Shown: positions 1-11,105, numbered from the stretch's first letter. The stretch: DNA of 46,480 nucleotides from a candidate division WOR-3 bacterium (GCA_037444665.1 JBBILZ010000013.1:1-46480), one strand, 5' to 3'. Notes: a model not told the origin generated them from the letters alone. Numbers and translations: made by a program.

Positions 1-651
1 GTTTCTGGTGAAGGTGTCCAACAGGCACTGCTAAAAATTCTTGAAGGCACAATTGCACACTGCCCACCATTTGGCGGTAGAAAACATCCTGAACAGGAAT
101 ATATCCCTATTAATACAAAAAAGATACTATTTATTTTAGGCGGAACATTTGCTGGTATTGAAGAGATTATAATGCGCCGTTTAAAGAAGACAAAGATAGG
201 TTTTCTAACTGATGTGAAAATAAATGATTTGAACTACGATGAAATAATTGCGCGGGTTGAACCAGAGGATTTAATAAAATATGGAATGATTCCGGAATTT
301 GTGGGTAGGGTACCTGTGATTGCGCCATTCCATAAATTATCAAAATCCGCAATGATTGAAATTTTGACAAAACCAAAAAATGCCTTAGTAAAGCAGTATG
401 CAAAATATTTTGAGATGGAAGGTATAAAACTCCAGTTTACTGATGAAGCGATTGAAGAGATTGTGACACAGGCAATGAAATACAATACTGGCGCAAGGGC
501 ATTGCGGTCAATCTTAGAAAATTTTATGCTGGATATTATGTTTAATCTACCAAATCTTTCTGGTGTAGAAAAATGTATTATTAACAGGGAAGTGGTTCTA
601 AATAATGCACCGCCTGAATATGTGAAGCTCAGTAGAAGGCGTGCTCAGTAA
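1..651 (+). CDS. clpX: ATP-dependent Clp protease ATP-binding subunit ClpX (5'-truncated by window edge)
   Basis: Frame is open from base 1: [16 protein letters not shown]...GGRKHP (RKH loop)...[12 protein letters not shown]...[11 protein letters not shown]; stop TAA at 651. Confidence 0.96.
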   Translation, partial: VSGEGVQQALLKILEGTIAHCPPFGGRKHPEQEYIPINTKKILFILGGTFAGIEEIIMRRLKKTKIGFLTDVKINDLNYDEIIARVEPEDLIKYGMIPEFVGRVPVIAPFHKLSKSAMIEILTKPKNALVKQYAKYFEMEGIKLQFTDEAIEEIVTQAMKYNTGARALRSILENFMLDIMFNLPNLSGVEKCIINREVVLNNAPPEYVKLSRRRAQ

Positions 652-669
652 AGAGATACACTACAGTTT

Positions 670-1434
670 ATGAATATTTTCCGCAACTTTTATTTGAAGA
701 CACACAAATATAAACTTTACAAACCTTTTAAGCCGCTCGGCTTAAAGAGAAAGGAGAAATTCCTTGTTTCAACCCCGGTTAAAATTAAAGATTTTCTTAA
801 GATGCTACCCTTTCTTGGTGGATTAAGAAAATTAGGCGAAGTTGTTTTACTCGCTCCCCAGTCCTTTGTTCCCTTCTTAAAGATGTTTAATACAAAGATT
901 TTTCAGAGTATTTACTGGTCAAAGGTTCCTGAGGTTTTGACACGAGAGTTTGATTTTCTGAAAAGAGAATTAGAAAATTATAATTGCAACTGGCTCATTG
1001 AACTTAATCCCGATGCCAATCTTGCTTTACCAGGTTTGATTAATGTGGAGCGAAGGGTCGCCTTCTATGATACAAAAAATTTTCCTTACTATAATATTTT
1101 AATAAAGGGCGGTATTGATTCCTTGAGCGATTTCTTCCAGATTCCTGCGGTTGCACCGGAAACATTGTTTAAATTCAATAAGATAGAACTTAAAAATATT
1201 TCAAAAAACTTACCTGTAGAACGGCCTTTGCTATTTGTAAATATGGATGAGAAAAAAGCATTTGTAAAACCTGAGAGTCTAAAATGGACTGGAACTATTG
1301 TCTTAGCCAATAAATCTGCTGAGGACATTGAACTATTGTGTAAAAAACTATATCTCTGTGATGCCTATTATGGTCCAGATGATGAATTTTGCGAAATGGC
1401 AAGAATTTTTAAAAAAGAGATTATTTGCCTATGA
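670..1434 (+). CDS. Hypothetical protein, possibly a degenerate glycosyltransferase family 9-like fold
   Basis: 254-aa ORF with an ATGA overlap to the next gene; the GT9 resemblance is a weak by-eye impression. Confidence 0.55.
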   Translation: MNIFRNFYLKTHKYKLYKPFKPLGLKRKEKFLVSTPVKIKDFLKMLPFLGGLRKLGEVVLLAPQSFVPFLKMFNTKIFQSIYWSKVPEVLTREFDFLKRELENYNCNWLIELNPDANLALPGLINVERRVAFYDTKNFPYYNILIKGGIDSLSDFFQIPAVAPETLFKFNKIELKNISKNLPVERPLLFVNMDEKKAFVKPESLKWTGTIVLANKSAEDIELLCKKLYLCDAYYGPDDEFCEMARIFKKEIICL

Positions 1435-3287
1435 TTAATATTGATGCGCGGATTGACAGATTTATATTGGTGTTGGGTCATATAAAACTTCAAGAAATAG
1501 ATATTAAGGAGATTGTCCGTCTATTAGGAACAAATGTTGCAAGCCAGGGTTGTTTTTTGGCCTCCGGCGGACAGATAATATTCCATCATAAAGTGCCTCA
1601 GAAATTTCTTCTGAATAATCTTGACGAGCTCAAAGGCAATATCTATTCTCAGGAATTTGAGATAAGTGGTTTAAAATATAAATTATATCTATTATTCACA
1701 ATGGAAGATAGACTTGATGAACCCCAGACTGAGAAATTACGAAGTTTATTAAATACCGTGAGTCAGGCTATTTCAATCAATAGCCTGGCACGGGCGAGGA
1801 TTTCTGAATTTCAAGCAATCAATGAATTAAATTTGAATATGATAACCACGATGGATATTAAAAAGGTCATCTGGTTTGCTGAGTTAGCCGCCCAAAAATT
1901 GCTTGATACAGATAAAATTTATCTATTTTATTTGATTGAAACCAATCTTGTGGGCAAAAAGAATAAAATTTCAATTAAGGTTATACCTGAAGAGGTTTAC
2001 AGGCAACTCTCGCGAAGCCGACAGATTATAAAGTTAGATAAAAAGGAAAATAAATTTTTGAAATTTTTACTAAATAATTTAAATGGGGGGACTGTGCTTC
2101 TGGTCCCTTTTACAATAAAAAATGCAGTGCGTGGTTTCTTTCTGATGGATGATTTTAATAAGTTATCAGACCAGACTACGGCAATAATGCGTCTCAAATT
2201 TCTTGGCAATCAGGCAGCAATCGCCCTTGAAAGAATTGAGTTGTTCCAGGCGTTGAATAAAGCACTACAAGAAAGTCAGGGGCTTCAGGAGATTGCGAAA
2301 TTGTTATTATCACCTTATGAACTAAAATATCTTTTTAATGAATTATTACGCCGTGCCCAGCAGATTTTAGGATTTAAGAAGATTATGTGCTCAATTTATA
2401 ATCCAGTTACTGATTCTTTTGAGCGTGTTCATTCTGTGGGCATATCTCTTAAAAAATTTCGGGAAGCGAAGAAAATCCATCCACCACATAAATTCATTAA
2501 ATTATTGATGCAGGACCGTTTCCGTATTTCCAATTCATACTACATTCCAAGTGAAGAGGTTCCTGCTGAAATTCGGGATTATGAGATTTACAAAGTAATG
2601 CCCACCCAGAAAAGGATGCATAACTTGTGGATACCGGGTGATATTTTTATCAGTCCGATCTATGCGCGCAATGGTAATTTACTCGGCATAATATCGGTTG
2701 GAGAACCAGTGAATACTGCTATTCCGGACCGGAGTAAAATACGATTATTAGAAGCCTTTGGTGATTTTTTAGGATTGGCAATTGAAAATAATCAACTTTT
2801 TGAAAAAAATCTTTATCTTTCATATACAGATGATTTGACCGGTGTTTACAATTACCGGTTTTTAAAGGAAAAATTGAATGAGCTACTGAATAGTGAGCCG
2901 AAGTCGCTCGCCATCGCTATGATTGACCTTGACCGCTTTAAAGAATACAATGACCAATTTGGCCATCTTGCGGGTGACCTTTTGCTTAAAGATATTTCCC
3001 AAACATTGAAAAAGGTGGTAAAGAATGGCTATGTTACCCGTTATGGAGGCGATGAATTTATTATTATTATGCCTGATGCTGGAGCCCGTGCGATCAAATA
3101 TCGTATTAATGAATTGAGACGATTGATTGCTAAATTGAGGGACAAAGAAATTTCTATTGAATTTTCCTGTGGGGTTGCTGCATATCCAGTGGATGGAAAG
3201 AATTTTGGGGCATTAATTGATTGTGCCGATAAAAGACTATATCAGGAGAAAAAGAGTAAGTATGATAAAACTACGCCGCAAATCTGA
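1431..3287 (+). CDS. GAF-domain diguanylate cyclase (GGDEF)
   Basis: Two GAF-like segments ending QAAIALE and LGLAIEN, then TDDLTGVYNYR, MIDLDRFKEYNDQFGHLAGD and RYGGDEF. ATG 1431 overlaps the upstream TGA. Confidence 0.92.
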   Translation: MINIDARIDRFILVLGHIKLQEIDIKEIVRLLGTNVASQGCFLASGGQIIFHHKVPQKFLLNNLDELKGNIYSQEFEISGLKYKLYLLFTMEDRLDEPQTEKLRSLLNTVSQAISINSLARARISEFQAINELNLNMITTMDIKKVIWFAELAAQKLLDTDKIYLFYLIETNLVGKKNKISIKVIPEEVYRQLSRSRQIIKLDKKENKFLKFLLNNLNGGTVLLVPFTIKNAVRGFFLMDDFNKLSDQTTAIMRLKFLGNQAAIALERIELFQALNKALQESQGLQEIAKLLLSPYELKYLFNELLRRAQQILGFKKIMCSIYNPVTDSFERVHSVGISLKKFREAKKIHPPHKFIKLLMQDRFRISNSYYIPSEEVPAEIRDYEIYKVMPTQKRMHNLWIPGDIFISPIYARNGNLLGIISVGEPVNTAIPDRSKIRLLEAFGDFLGLAIENNQLFEKNLYLSYTDDLTGVYNYRFLKEKLNELLNSEPKSLAIAMIDLDRFKEYNDQFGHLAGDLLLKDISQTLKKVVKNGYVTRYGGDEFIIIMPDAGARAIKYRINELRRLIAKLRDKEISIEFSCGVAAYPVDGKNFGALIDCADKRLYQEKKSKYDKTTPQI

Positions 3288-4437
3288 TAAAGGTGTCCTG
3301 CCAGAGACCAGTGGTTTTACCTCACGCACCCTGGTCATATACTTTTTGATCGGCATCGGTCTCATTGGAATTGTGACCTATATCTATTCAAATTACCTTG
3401 TTCAGAGAATAAAAAAAGAAACAGAAACGACTTCAAGGATTTTTGCCAGTTATGCCTCAGGACCCGGTTCAAGCGAGGAAGAATTGCTTGCACTCTTGTT
3501 TCACGAAGTGATTGAAAAAATAGATTTTCCTGTGGTATTAACTGATGCACAGGGTAGACCTTACTCTTCAAAAAATGTGCTGGATACAAATTTAACCAGA
3601 GTCGCCCAGAGACTTGACCGTGTGCATAAACCTATTCCGATAATTATCAGACAGGGTGTTGATTCTACATTTGTGGGTTATGTGCACTATGGACTGTCAC
3701 CATTTACGAAATCGTTAAGAATACTACCCTTTTTAATGACCGCTTTTTTGATTGCCTTTCTTTTTCTGGGCTTTTGGGGTTACCTTATTTACCGTAAAAG
3801 CGAAGAAGAAAAAATCTGGTATTCACTTGCCAAGGAAACAGCACACCAACTGGCAACCCCGCTCTCTTCACTTTCAGGTTGGCTTGAAACCTTGAAAAAA
3901 AATATTCCCCAGGAGATCTACCAAGGTATTGCCGAAGATAGTTTGCGTATGCGGGAGGTTTTAGAAAAATTCTCCCGCATTGGTTTACCTCCACGCCTTG
4001 TGGAAAAAGACCCGATACCGATTATTCATAAGGCAGTTAATTATATAAAAAGGCGCGCTCACTCTCAGATTCAATTTATTGAAAATTATCAACCCCTGCC
4101 GGTGATAAAATTTGATGATATACTTCTTGACTGGGCAGTAGAAAATATATTAAAAAATGGTCTTGATGCAATTGGTTCAAAATCTGGAACTGTATCAATA
4201 AAGACCTACACAAACGAAGGTGGTGCAGTTATTGAAATCGCTGATACTGGCGGTGGGATTACTAAAGAAAAAGAGATATTTAAACCCGGATACACAACAA
4301 AGAAATATGGTTGGGGCCTGGGTTTGGTTCTGACCAAAAGAATAATAGAAGGGTATCACAACGGAAGGTTGATTTTAAAAAAGACCGGTCCGGGTGGAAC
4401 AACATTTCAAGTATTTATTCCAGGGAGTTCAAAATGA
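3262..4437 (+). CDS. Membrane sensor histidine kinase
   Basis: Two TM segments; H-box AKETAHQLATPLSSL, N-box ENILKNGLDA, G1 DTGGGI, F/G2 IFKPGYTTKKYGWGLGL. ATG 3262 preferred over TTG 3217. Confidence 0.93.
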   Translation: MIKLRRKSDKGVLPETSGFTSRTLVIYFLIGIGLIGIVTYIYSNYLVQRIKKETETTSRIFASYASGPGSSEEELLALLFHEVIEKIDFPVVLTDAQGRPYSSKNVLDTNLTRVAQRLDRVHKPIPIIIRQGVDSTFVGYVHYGLSPFTKSLRILPFLMTAFLIAFLFLGFWGYLIYRKSEEEKIWYSLAKETAHQLATPLSSLSGWLETLKKNIPQEIYQGIAEDSLRMREVLEKFSRIGLPPRLVEKDPIPIIHKAVNYIKRRAHSQIQFIENYQPLPVIKFDDILLDWAVENILKNGLDAIGSKSGTVSIKTYTNEGGAVIEIADTGGGITKEKEIFKPGYTTKKYGWGLGLVLTKRIIEGYHNGRLILKKTGPGGTTFQVFIPGSSK

Positions 4438-5942
4438 AAATTTTATGGATTGATGATGAAATTGATTTATTAAAACCATTTATTTATCTGTTGACTCAGG
4501 AAGGTTATGAGGTAAAGACTGCGACCTCGGGCGAGGATGGTATCAGGGTCGCTAACCAGGAGGTCTTTGACCTTATCTTTCTTGATGAAATAATGCCCGG
4601 GGTGGATGGGCTTGAGGTATTGAAGAGGATAAAATTAGAGAACCCACAACAACTGGTGGTGATGGTCACCAAAAGCGAAGAGGAAGCGCTTATGAAACAA
4701 GCTTATAGTGGTTGGGTTGATGATTACATTACAAAGCCATTCAGTTTTAATCAAATACTTTCGGTTCTGAACAGAATTCTCAAAAGACGACAATTGATAG
4801 AAGAAAAGATGGCTGAGGAGTATGCGGACCAATTTCGTGTTCTGTCTCAGCCTGGTAATTATAGTGAATGGATTGAATATTATCGTAATCTTATTACCTG
4901 GAATTTACGGTTTTTAGAATATGGTAGTAAAGAATTGAAAGAGATTCATGACGAAAAGAAATATAGTGCAAATGCAGGGTTTGCGAAATATATCTGCAAT
5001 GAATATAAGAATTTTATTAAAGGTAAAGGTCCGGTCCTTTCTCATAACTTATGTAATATGGTTCTATTTCCGGCTCTAAAGAGCGGACCAGTTAGTTTTA
5101 TTATTTTTGATTCAATGAGACTTGACCAGTATTTAAAACTTCAACCATACTTAAGGGATTTCTTTGAAATGACCACCCAGTACTATTTTTCAATATTGCC
5201 CTCTGCCACACCATATTCGCGCAACAGTATTTTTTCAGGGCTCTTACCCCTTGAAATTTTACAGAAATATCCTCAATACTGGCTGTTTGAAGAAAAAGGG
5301 CAAAACCGCTTTGAAAAAGAGTTATTCACCGAGTTACTTAAAAGAAATGGCCTCAATATAAGTTTTAGTTTCCATAAATTATCAACGATTGAAGATGTTG
5401 AAAAAAATATTCCAAGAATTGTAAATGACCACAGTGATATAAATGTAGTAATAATTAACTTTTTTGACCTTTTGCTACATTCAATTCCAGGCCGTGGCGA
5501 TATGAAAGGACTGCTGGATGATGAAAGGGTGCTCTTAAATCTGTTGAGTTACTGGTTTCCCGTTTCACCGATTTTTGAATTATTTAAGGCAATCGCTGGC
5601 AAAAAGAAGCAAATAATTCTTACTACAGACCATGGATTCATTCATGTGCGAAGACCAACAATTGTCTATGGAGGCAGAGAAATTTCTCCAAATCTTAGAT
5701 ATAAATATGGTCCGGCGCTCAGGGTGGATGAGAAGACCGCATTGGTATTGAACAATCCCGGTGAACTATATCTCCCGGTTGAGGATGCTTCAGTGCGTTT
5801 TATCATTGCCCGTGAGGACTATTATTTTATTTATCCAACCAAACCAACTGAATATGAAAAAGAATTCAAATATACATTCCAGCACGGTGGTATTTCTATG
5901 GAAGAGATGATTCTACCCATTGGTCTTTTAAAACCACGATAA
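4434..5942 (+). CDS. PorX-like response regulator (REC + PglZ/alkaline-phosphatase-like domain)
   Basis: N-terminus MKILWIDDEIDLLKP, FLDEIMPG, MVTKSEEE; PglZ motifs FDSMRLDQY, LPSATPYSRNSIFSG, TTDHG, FQHGGISMEEM. ATGA overlap with the kinase. Confidence 0.88.
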   Translation: MKILWIDDEIDLLKPFIYLLTQEGYEVKTATSGEDGIRVANQEVFDLIFLDEIMPGVDGLEVLKRIKLENPQQLVVMVTKSEEEALMKQAYSGWVDDYITKPFSFNQILSVLNRILKRRQLIEEKMAEEYADQFRVLSQPGNYSEWIEYYRNLITWNLRFLEYGSKELKEIHDEKKYSANAGFAKYICNEYKNFIKGKGPVLSHNLCNMVLFPALKSGPVSFIIFDSMRLDQYLKLQPYLRDFFEMTTQYYFSILPSATPYSRNSIFSGLLPLEILQKYPQYWLFEEKGQNRFEKELFTELLKRNGLNISFSFHKLSTIEDVEKNIPRIVNDHSDINVVIINFFDLLLHSIPGRGDMKGLLDDERVLLNLLSYWFPVSPIFELFKAIAGKKKQIILTTDHGFIHVRRPTIVYGGREISPNLRYKYGPALRVDEKTALVLNNPGELYLPVEDASVRFIIAREDYYFIYPTKPTEYEKEFKYTFQHGGISMEEMILPIGLLKPR

Positions 5943-5955
5943 GAAATTACCCATC

Positions 5956-5983
5956 TTGACAGCAAATTTTTTTGATGTATAAT
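5956..5983 (+). promoter_or_regulatory. sigma70-like promoter TTGACA-N16-TATAAT for hsp20-lon; probably leaderless
   Basis: Perfect hexamers; ATG lies 5 nt after the -10 box and there is no SD. Confidence 0.75.
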
Positions 5984-5988
5984 TAAAT

Positions 5989-6432
5989 ATGAGGCAGAAA
6001 AAAACTGGACTTTTAGAGACTTCAGAATCTCAGATTGAAATAATCTATGAAGATGCTGGTATTCCAATAAACGAGGATATTCTTATATCAGGAATTATTG
6101 AATGGGAACCGCCTTATGACCTCTATCTTATTAATGAAACAATCTTTATCAGCATTGAACTGCCCGGGGTGAAGGTGAAAGACATTGTTCTGTATCTTGG
6201 CCAGGACCATTTATTTATTTCTGGAACAAAGAAGCCATTACTTATGGAAGAGATAGCCGGTAATAATCCTGTATTCCACACCCTGGAGATCTCCTATGGA
6301 AGGTTTGTGAGAAGGATAGATTTTCCCATGCCAATTGAGCCTAAAAAGGCGGTTTATAATATGAAAAATGGTGTTTTGACAATAAAATTGCCAATTTTAA
6401 AAGAGCATATCATCCCGATTGAGGAGGCATAA
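5989..6432 (+). CDS. Hsp20/alpha-crystallin family small heat-shock protein
   Basis: WEPPYDLY...IELPGV...EISYGRFVRRIDFP...AVYNMKNGVLTIKLP; directly upstream of lon. Confidence 0.88.
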   Translation: MRQKKTGLLETSESQIEIIYEDAGIPINEDILISGIIEWEPPYDLYLINETIFISIELPGVKVKDIVLYLGQDHLFISGTKKPLLMEEIAGNNPVFHTLEISYGRFVRRIDFPMPIEPKKAVYNMKNGVLTIKLPILKEHIIPIEEA

Positions 6433-6434
6433 TT

Positions 6435-8783
6435 ATGGAGGAAAAAGAGATTACCATTCCTGACCAACTGGGTATAATCCCAATAAAAGGTGGTGTCATA
6501 TTTCCTGACCAGCTTGTGCCGCTGGTGATCCAGACGCCAAAACTTGCTAAATTGATTGATGAGATATTGACTACTAATAAACTGGCAGGTGCAATCACCC
6601 AGCGTAATCCAGATATTGAAGAACCGAAACCCGAAGAAATTTATGAAATTGGTTGTGTAATACAGATAACAAAAATGCTTAGATTCCCTGATGGCACAAT
6701 CAGATTGCTCGTAAAGGGATTAAAACGGTTTAAGGTCTTAGAATTTGTGCAGGTGGAACCATATTTAAAAGCAAAGATTCAACTCTATCCTGAAGCTTAT
6801 AAAAAAACAGTTTCGCTGGAAGCATTAATGCGTAATATAGTTACGATGTTCCAGCAACTCGTATCCCTTGCTCCGTATCTGCCTGATGAATTGGGTGCGA
6901 TTGTGCTCAATATTGATGACCCGGACCGACTTGCCAACTTTGTTGCGAGCTACACAAATCTTGATGTTAATGAAAAACAACAACTTCTTGAAATTGCCGA
7001 CCCCAGAGAAAGGTTTTTAAAATTGATACCACTATTACAGAAAGAAATCAGTATTCTGGAATTGGGTGCTAAAATTCGTTCTCAGGTGAAGAATGAATTT
7101 GATAAGGGACAGAAAGAATTCTATTTGCGTGAACAGTTAAAGGCGATTCAGAAAGAATTGGGCGAAGGCGATGAACATACAAGAGAGATCGGTGAATTGA
7201 AGAAAAAGATTCAGGAAGCAAAGATGCCTGAGTCTGTAGAAAAGGTTGCACTCAAGGAGCTTGACCGACTTGCCAAGATGCCTCCCCAGGCTGCGGAATA
7301 TACAGTTTCAAGAACATATTTAGATTGGTTGATTGCTCTACCCTGGTCCATAAGTACCCAGGATAATCATGATTTAGTGCGGGCAAAAAAGATTCTGGAC
7401 GAAGACCATTATGATCTTGAGAAGGTGAAAGAACGCATCTTAGAATATCTTGCCGTGAAAAAATTAAAACCTGATTCAAAAGGAACAATACTCTGTTTTA
7501 TAGGCCCACCAGGTGTGGGAAAGACATCACTGGGAAAGTCCATTGCCCGTGCCCTGGGCAGGAAATTTATCAGGATATCGCTTGGTGGAATAAGGGATGA
7601 AGCAGAGATTCGTGGGCACAGGCGCACTTATATTGGTGCATTGCCAGGGAGGATAATCCAATCAATCAAAACCTGTAATTCAAAGAATCCAGTCTTTATG
7701 CTTGATGAGATTGATAAAGTAGGAACCGATTTTCGGGGCGACCCTTCAAGTGCTTTATTAGAAGTTTTGGACCCGGAACAGAATCATTCATTTTCAGATC
7801 ACTATCTTGAAGTTCCTTTTGACCTTTCAGCAGTGATGTTTATTGCTACGGGCAATCTCATTGACCCGATAATTCCGGCATTGAAAGACCGCATGGAAAT
7901 CATTGAACTCCCCGGTTATATTCTTGAAGAAAAACTTGAGATTGCAAAAAAATATCTTATCCCGCGCCAAATTGCAGAGAACGGATTAAAACCAGAGAAT
8001 ATCCATTTTGATGAAGCAGCCATAAAGGCAATAATCAGTGAGTATACAAAAGAATCAGGCGTGAGAAATTTAGAAAGGGAGATAGGCTCAATCTGCCGTA
8101 AGGTTGCAAAGAGATTTGCTGAAGGTAAAAAGAAATCGGTAAAAGTTGATACCAAAAGCCTTGTTGAATTTCTTGGACCACCAAAGATTTTTTCTGAAGT
8201 TGCTGCACGCAAAGGGGAGACCGGACTTGCTACAGGCCTTGCCTGGACACCAACTGGCGGTGAAATTATATTTATTGAAGCCATCAAGGTGAGAGGTAAG
8301 AAAGGGCTTATTCTTACTGGTCTGCTTGGCGATGTAATGAAAGAGTCCTGTCAGGCAGCAGTATCATACTTAAAAACCAGATTTGAAAAATGGGGCATAA
8401 AAGATGATACTGATGAAGATGACCTGCATATACATATTCCATCCGGTGCAATTCCCAAGGACGGACCTTCGGCCGGACTTGCCGTGGTTATGTCATTGGC
8501 TTCACTCTTCCTTAATCAGCCCATTGACCCCAAGATTGCCTTTACCGGAGAGATTACCCTTACTGGCAGGGTCCTGCCCGTGGGCGGTATAAAGGAAAAG
8601 GTTATTGCGGCAAAACGCGCGGGTATTGATACAATATATCTGCCTGAAGAGAATAAAAAAGATTTACTTGAAATACCAAATCATGTAAAAAAAGGGCTTG
8701 ATTTTCACTTTGTAAAAAGGATTGACTCGGCATTAAATGAAATTTTCAGGAATGCGCATCAGCATCTAAAAAAGAAGAAATAA
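6435..8783 (+). CDS. lon: Lon (endopeptidase La) protease
   Basis: Walker A GPPGVGKTS, GHRRTYIG, Walker B LDEIDK, catalytic PKDGPSAG and GGIKEK; SD GAGGAGG. Confidence 0.98.
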   Translation: MEEKEITIPDQLGIIPIKGGVIFPDQLVPLVIQTPKLAKLIDEILTTNKLAGAITQRNPDIEEPKPEEIYEIGCVIQITKMLRFPDGTIRLLVKGLKRFKVLEFVQVEPYLKAKIQLYPEAYKKTVSLEALMRNIVTMFQQLVSLAPYLPDELGAIVLNIDDPDRLANFVASYTNLDVNEKQQLLEIADPRERFLKLIPLLQKEISILELGAKIRSQVKNEFDKGQKEFYLREQLKAIQKELGEGDEHTREIGELKKKIQEAKMPESVEKVALKELDRLAKMPPQAAEYTVSRTYLDWLIALPWSISTQDNHDLVRAKKILDEDHYDLEKVKERILEYLAVKKLKPDSKGTILCFIGPPGVGKTSLGKSIARALGRKFIRISLGGIRDEAEIRGHRRTYIGALPGRIIQSIKTCNSKNPVFMLDEIDKVGTDFRGDPSSALLEVLDPEQNHSFSDHYLEVPFDLSAVMFIATGNLIDPIIPALKDRMEIIELPGYILEEKLEIAKKYLIPRQIAENGLKPENIHFDEAAIKAIISEYTKESGVRNLEREIGSICRKVAKRFAEGKKKSVKVDTKSLVEFLGPPKIFSEVAARKGETGLATGLAWTPTGGEIIFIEAIKVRGKKGLILTGLLGDVMKESCQAAVSYLKTRFEKWGIKDDTDEDDLHIHIPSGAIPKDGPSAGLAVVMSLASLFLNQPIDPKIAFTGEITLTGRVLPVGGIKEKVIAAKRAGIDTIYLPEENKKDLLEIPNHVKKGLDFHFVKRIDSALNEIFRNAHQHLKKKK

Positions 8784-9829
8784 TGCTAATATTTTTTCTT
8801 TTAATGTCCATCAAATGGCAGGTTTATTATCAACCCATAGGTGATTCTTTGTTCAATATGAATCTATTATTAGAAATTCCTGCTCAAAATCTAAGATTTA
8901 TTACCAAAGATTCTGTTCGCCTTGCAACTTTTGAAATTCAGGTTCTGGTCTATGACAAAAAAGGAAATCAGATTGCGGGTGATTACTGGCTAAGGGAGGA
9001 AGAAGACGACAGCACAAATTTATATGATTCATTAACCTTAATTATTCCTAATTCAGCACGAAAATTTAATCTGCGCATCATTGACCTTCAGGGAGGTGAA
9101 ATTTTAAATGTTTATGAGAATATTAAACCGATTAAATTTCTTGCCAATGTTCGTTCCCGGTTAAAAAATGATTCGCTTATTGTAAACTTTACAGTAATAA
9201 ATTCTAATAATATTCAGGGAATGATTAATGTGTATCTTCAGGAGATGGAACAGAAAAAAGAATTAAAGCCAAGCGCATATGAAGATACAGTAATTTTTCT
9301 TGTAGCACCAGTTAAAAATGGCAGATATGACTTGAAATTTGTAATAAACGAAAAGCATAAACAGCTTGATATGCTTTTAGTACCGGTGGAAATTGACCGC
9401 CCATTCTATCTTGATGAGACAGCCTGGCAGTTAAAGGTAGCACAACTTGAATATATTGCCACGCCGAATGAACTTAACAAATTAAAAAAATCACCAGTAG
9501 AAATGCGTGATTCACTCTGGCACGCATTCTGGAAGCAGTATGACCCAACACCCAATACTGATTATAATGAGAAAGAGGTAGAATACTTTGAGCGTATTGA
9601 TTATGCAGAGCAGCATTTTTCATTTGGTGATAAAGGGTGGCGCAGTGACCGTGGTCGTATCTATGTAAAATTTGGTCCACCCGATGAAATCCAATCTCGG
9701 CCCTATGAACTATCCACAAAACCATATGAAATCTGGCTCTATTATCGCATTAATCTGCGATTCATTTTTTATGACCGGCATGGTTTTGGTGAATATATTT
9801 TGATTAATCCCGCTGGAGAAAGGATATGA
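8783..9829 (+). CDS. GWxTD-domain protein
   Basis: FWKQYDPTP...EYFERIDYAEQHF...GWRSDRGRIYVKFGPPD...YEIWLY; short hydrophobic N-terminus; TAATG coupling to lon. Confidence 0.88.
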   Translation: MLIFFLLMSIKWQVYYQPIGDSLFNMNLLLEIPAQNLRFITKDSVRLATFEIQVLVYDKKGNQIAGDYWLREEEDDSTNLYDSLTLIIPNSARKFNLRIIDLQGGEILNVYENIKPIKFLANVRSRLKNDSLIVNFTVINSNNIQGMINVYLQEMEQKKELKPSAYEDTVIFLVAPVKNGRYDLKFVINEKHKQLDMLLVPVEIDRPFYLDETAWQLKVAQLEYIATPNELNKLKKSPVEMRDSLWHAFWKQYDPTPNTDYNEKEVEYFERIDYAEQHFSFGDKGWRSDRGRIYVKFGPPDEIQSRPYELSTKPYEIWLYYRINLRFIFYDRHGFGEYILINPAGERI

Positions 9830-11103
9830 TTTTTATTTTGACACTTATTAATACAATAAATTTTTATGTCCAACCAGTTTTATACTACACGCCATTAACA
9901 ATACAGGATTCACTCGGTTTTGAATCAAGGGCTGAGGATATTTTTTATCTTGAGTTTAATTGTGCAATTCCCTATAATGAACTTTATTATAAAGAATCTG
10001 ACGGAAAAATTTTTGCTGACTGCGACCTGAAAATTAAATTGTTAAATAAAGAACGCACAGATTCTCTATTAGATTCTTTGCACCATCAATTTACCATTCC
10101 TTCTTTTTCACAGGCAGCAAAGGAAGGATTAATATTTTATGTTCAGTTTGGAAAATATATTGTAGCCGGGGCGTATGACTATATAATTACAATTTCCTCC
10201 GCAGATAACAGCGGTATTGTTCAGGGAGAAAAAATTATTACTGATGATGATTTTTTGATGAGCGATATCCTGCTGGCAAAGGCGATCTTCCGTGATACCT
10301 CAGGTGGTAATTTGACCAAAGGAAACCTGAAAATTATTCCCCAACCTTCTAAAATATTTGGAGAAGAAACAGAGAATGTTTTTATCTATTATGAACTATA
10401 CAACATTAATCCAGATACTACTAATTTAACAATTTTTTATATAATTGTTGATACCACAGGAAAGACCATTAGAAAGATTACCAGAGCAATGGAAAGGAAA
10501 TTTTCGCGTCAGGCAATCAATTTAGGTTTTAATATCCAGTCATTAGAGCCGAACGATTATATTATCAGGGTAGTGGTTTATGATTCATTATCAGGTAAGT
10601 CAATTGAAAAGTCGGTTGATTTTAAAATAAAAAAGAAAAAAGAACGGGTTGTATTATCCGAAGACTTACCATATTATGATGCAATTGAATACTTTGTTAG
10701 TGCACAGGAATACAAATATTTTTTGACGCTTGAAGAAAAAGGGAGGAAAATGTATTTAAAAAAATTCTGGGAGAAGCGTAATTACAATGAAATCTCCCAG
10801 CGCTATGAATATGCAGATGAGCACTTTCAGGAGGGAAATAAGGCAGGCTCAAAAACAGACCGGGGTAGAATATATATAAAATATGGTGCACCCGATGAAA
10901 TTGACAATAAACAATTTGAATCGTCACGGCCATATGAATACTGGCAGTACTATAATGGGTTAGAATTTATTTTTGTTGATATACGGGGAACCCAGGAGTA
11001 TACATTGGTTTGGACCAATGCCCGGGATGAGAAATCAAAGCCTACATTATATGATTATTTGCCCCTTTTTAAATTGCAGGAATTGTATGAAAAAAAGGAG
11101 TAA
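9826..11103 (+). CDS. GWxTD-domain protein (variant GSKTD)
   Basis: RYEYADEHF...GSKTDRGRIYIKYGAPDEI...YEYWQY; ATGA overlap with the previous paralog. Confidence 0.85.
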   Translation: MIFILTLINTINFYVQPVLYYTPLTIQDSLGFESRAEDIFYLEFNCAIPYNELYYKESDGKIFADCDLKIKLLNKERTDSLLDSLHHQFTIPSFSQAAKEGLIFYVQFGKYIVAGAYDYIITISSADNSGIVQGEKIITDDDFLMSDILLAKAIFRDTSGGNLTKGNLKIIPQPSKIFGEETENVFIYYELYNINPDTTNLTIFYIIVDTTGKTIRKITRAMERKFSRQAINLGFNIQSLEPNDYIIRVVVYDSLSGKSIEKSVDFKIKKKKERVVLSEDLPYYDAIEYFVSAQEYKYFLTLEEKGRKMYLKKFWEKRNYNEISQRYEYADEHFQEGNKAGSKTDRGRIYIKYGAPDEIDNKQFESSRPYEYWQYYNGLEFIFVDIRGTQEYTLVWTNARDEKSKPTLYDYLPLFKLQELYEKKE

Positions 11104-11105
11104 TT

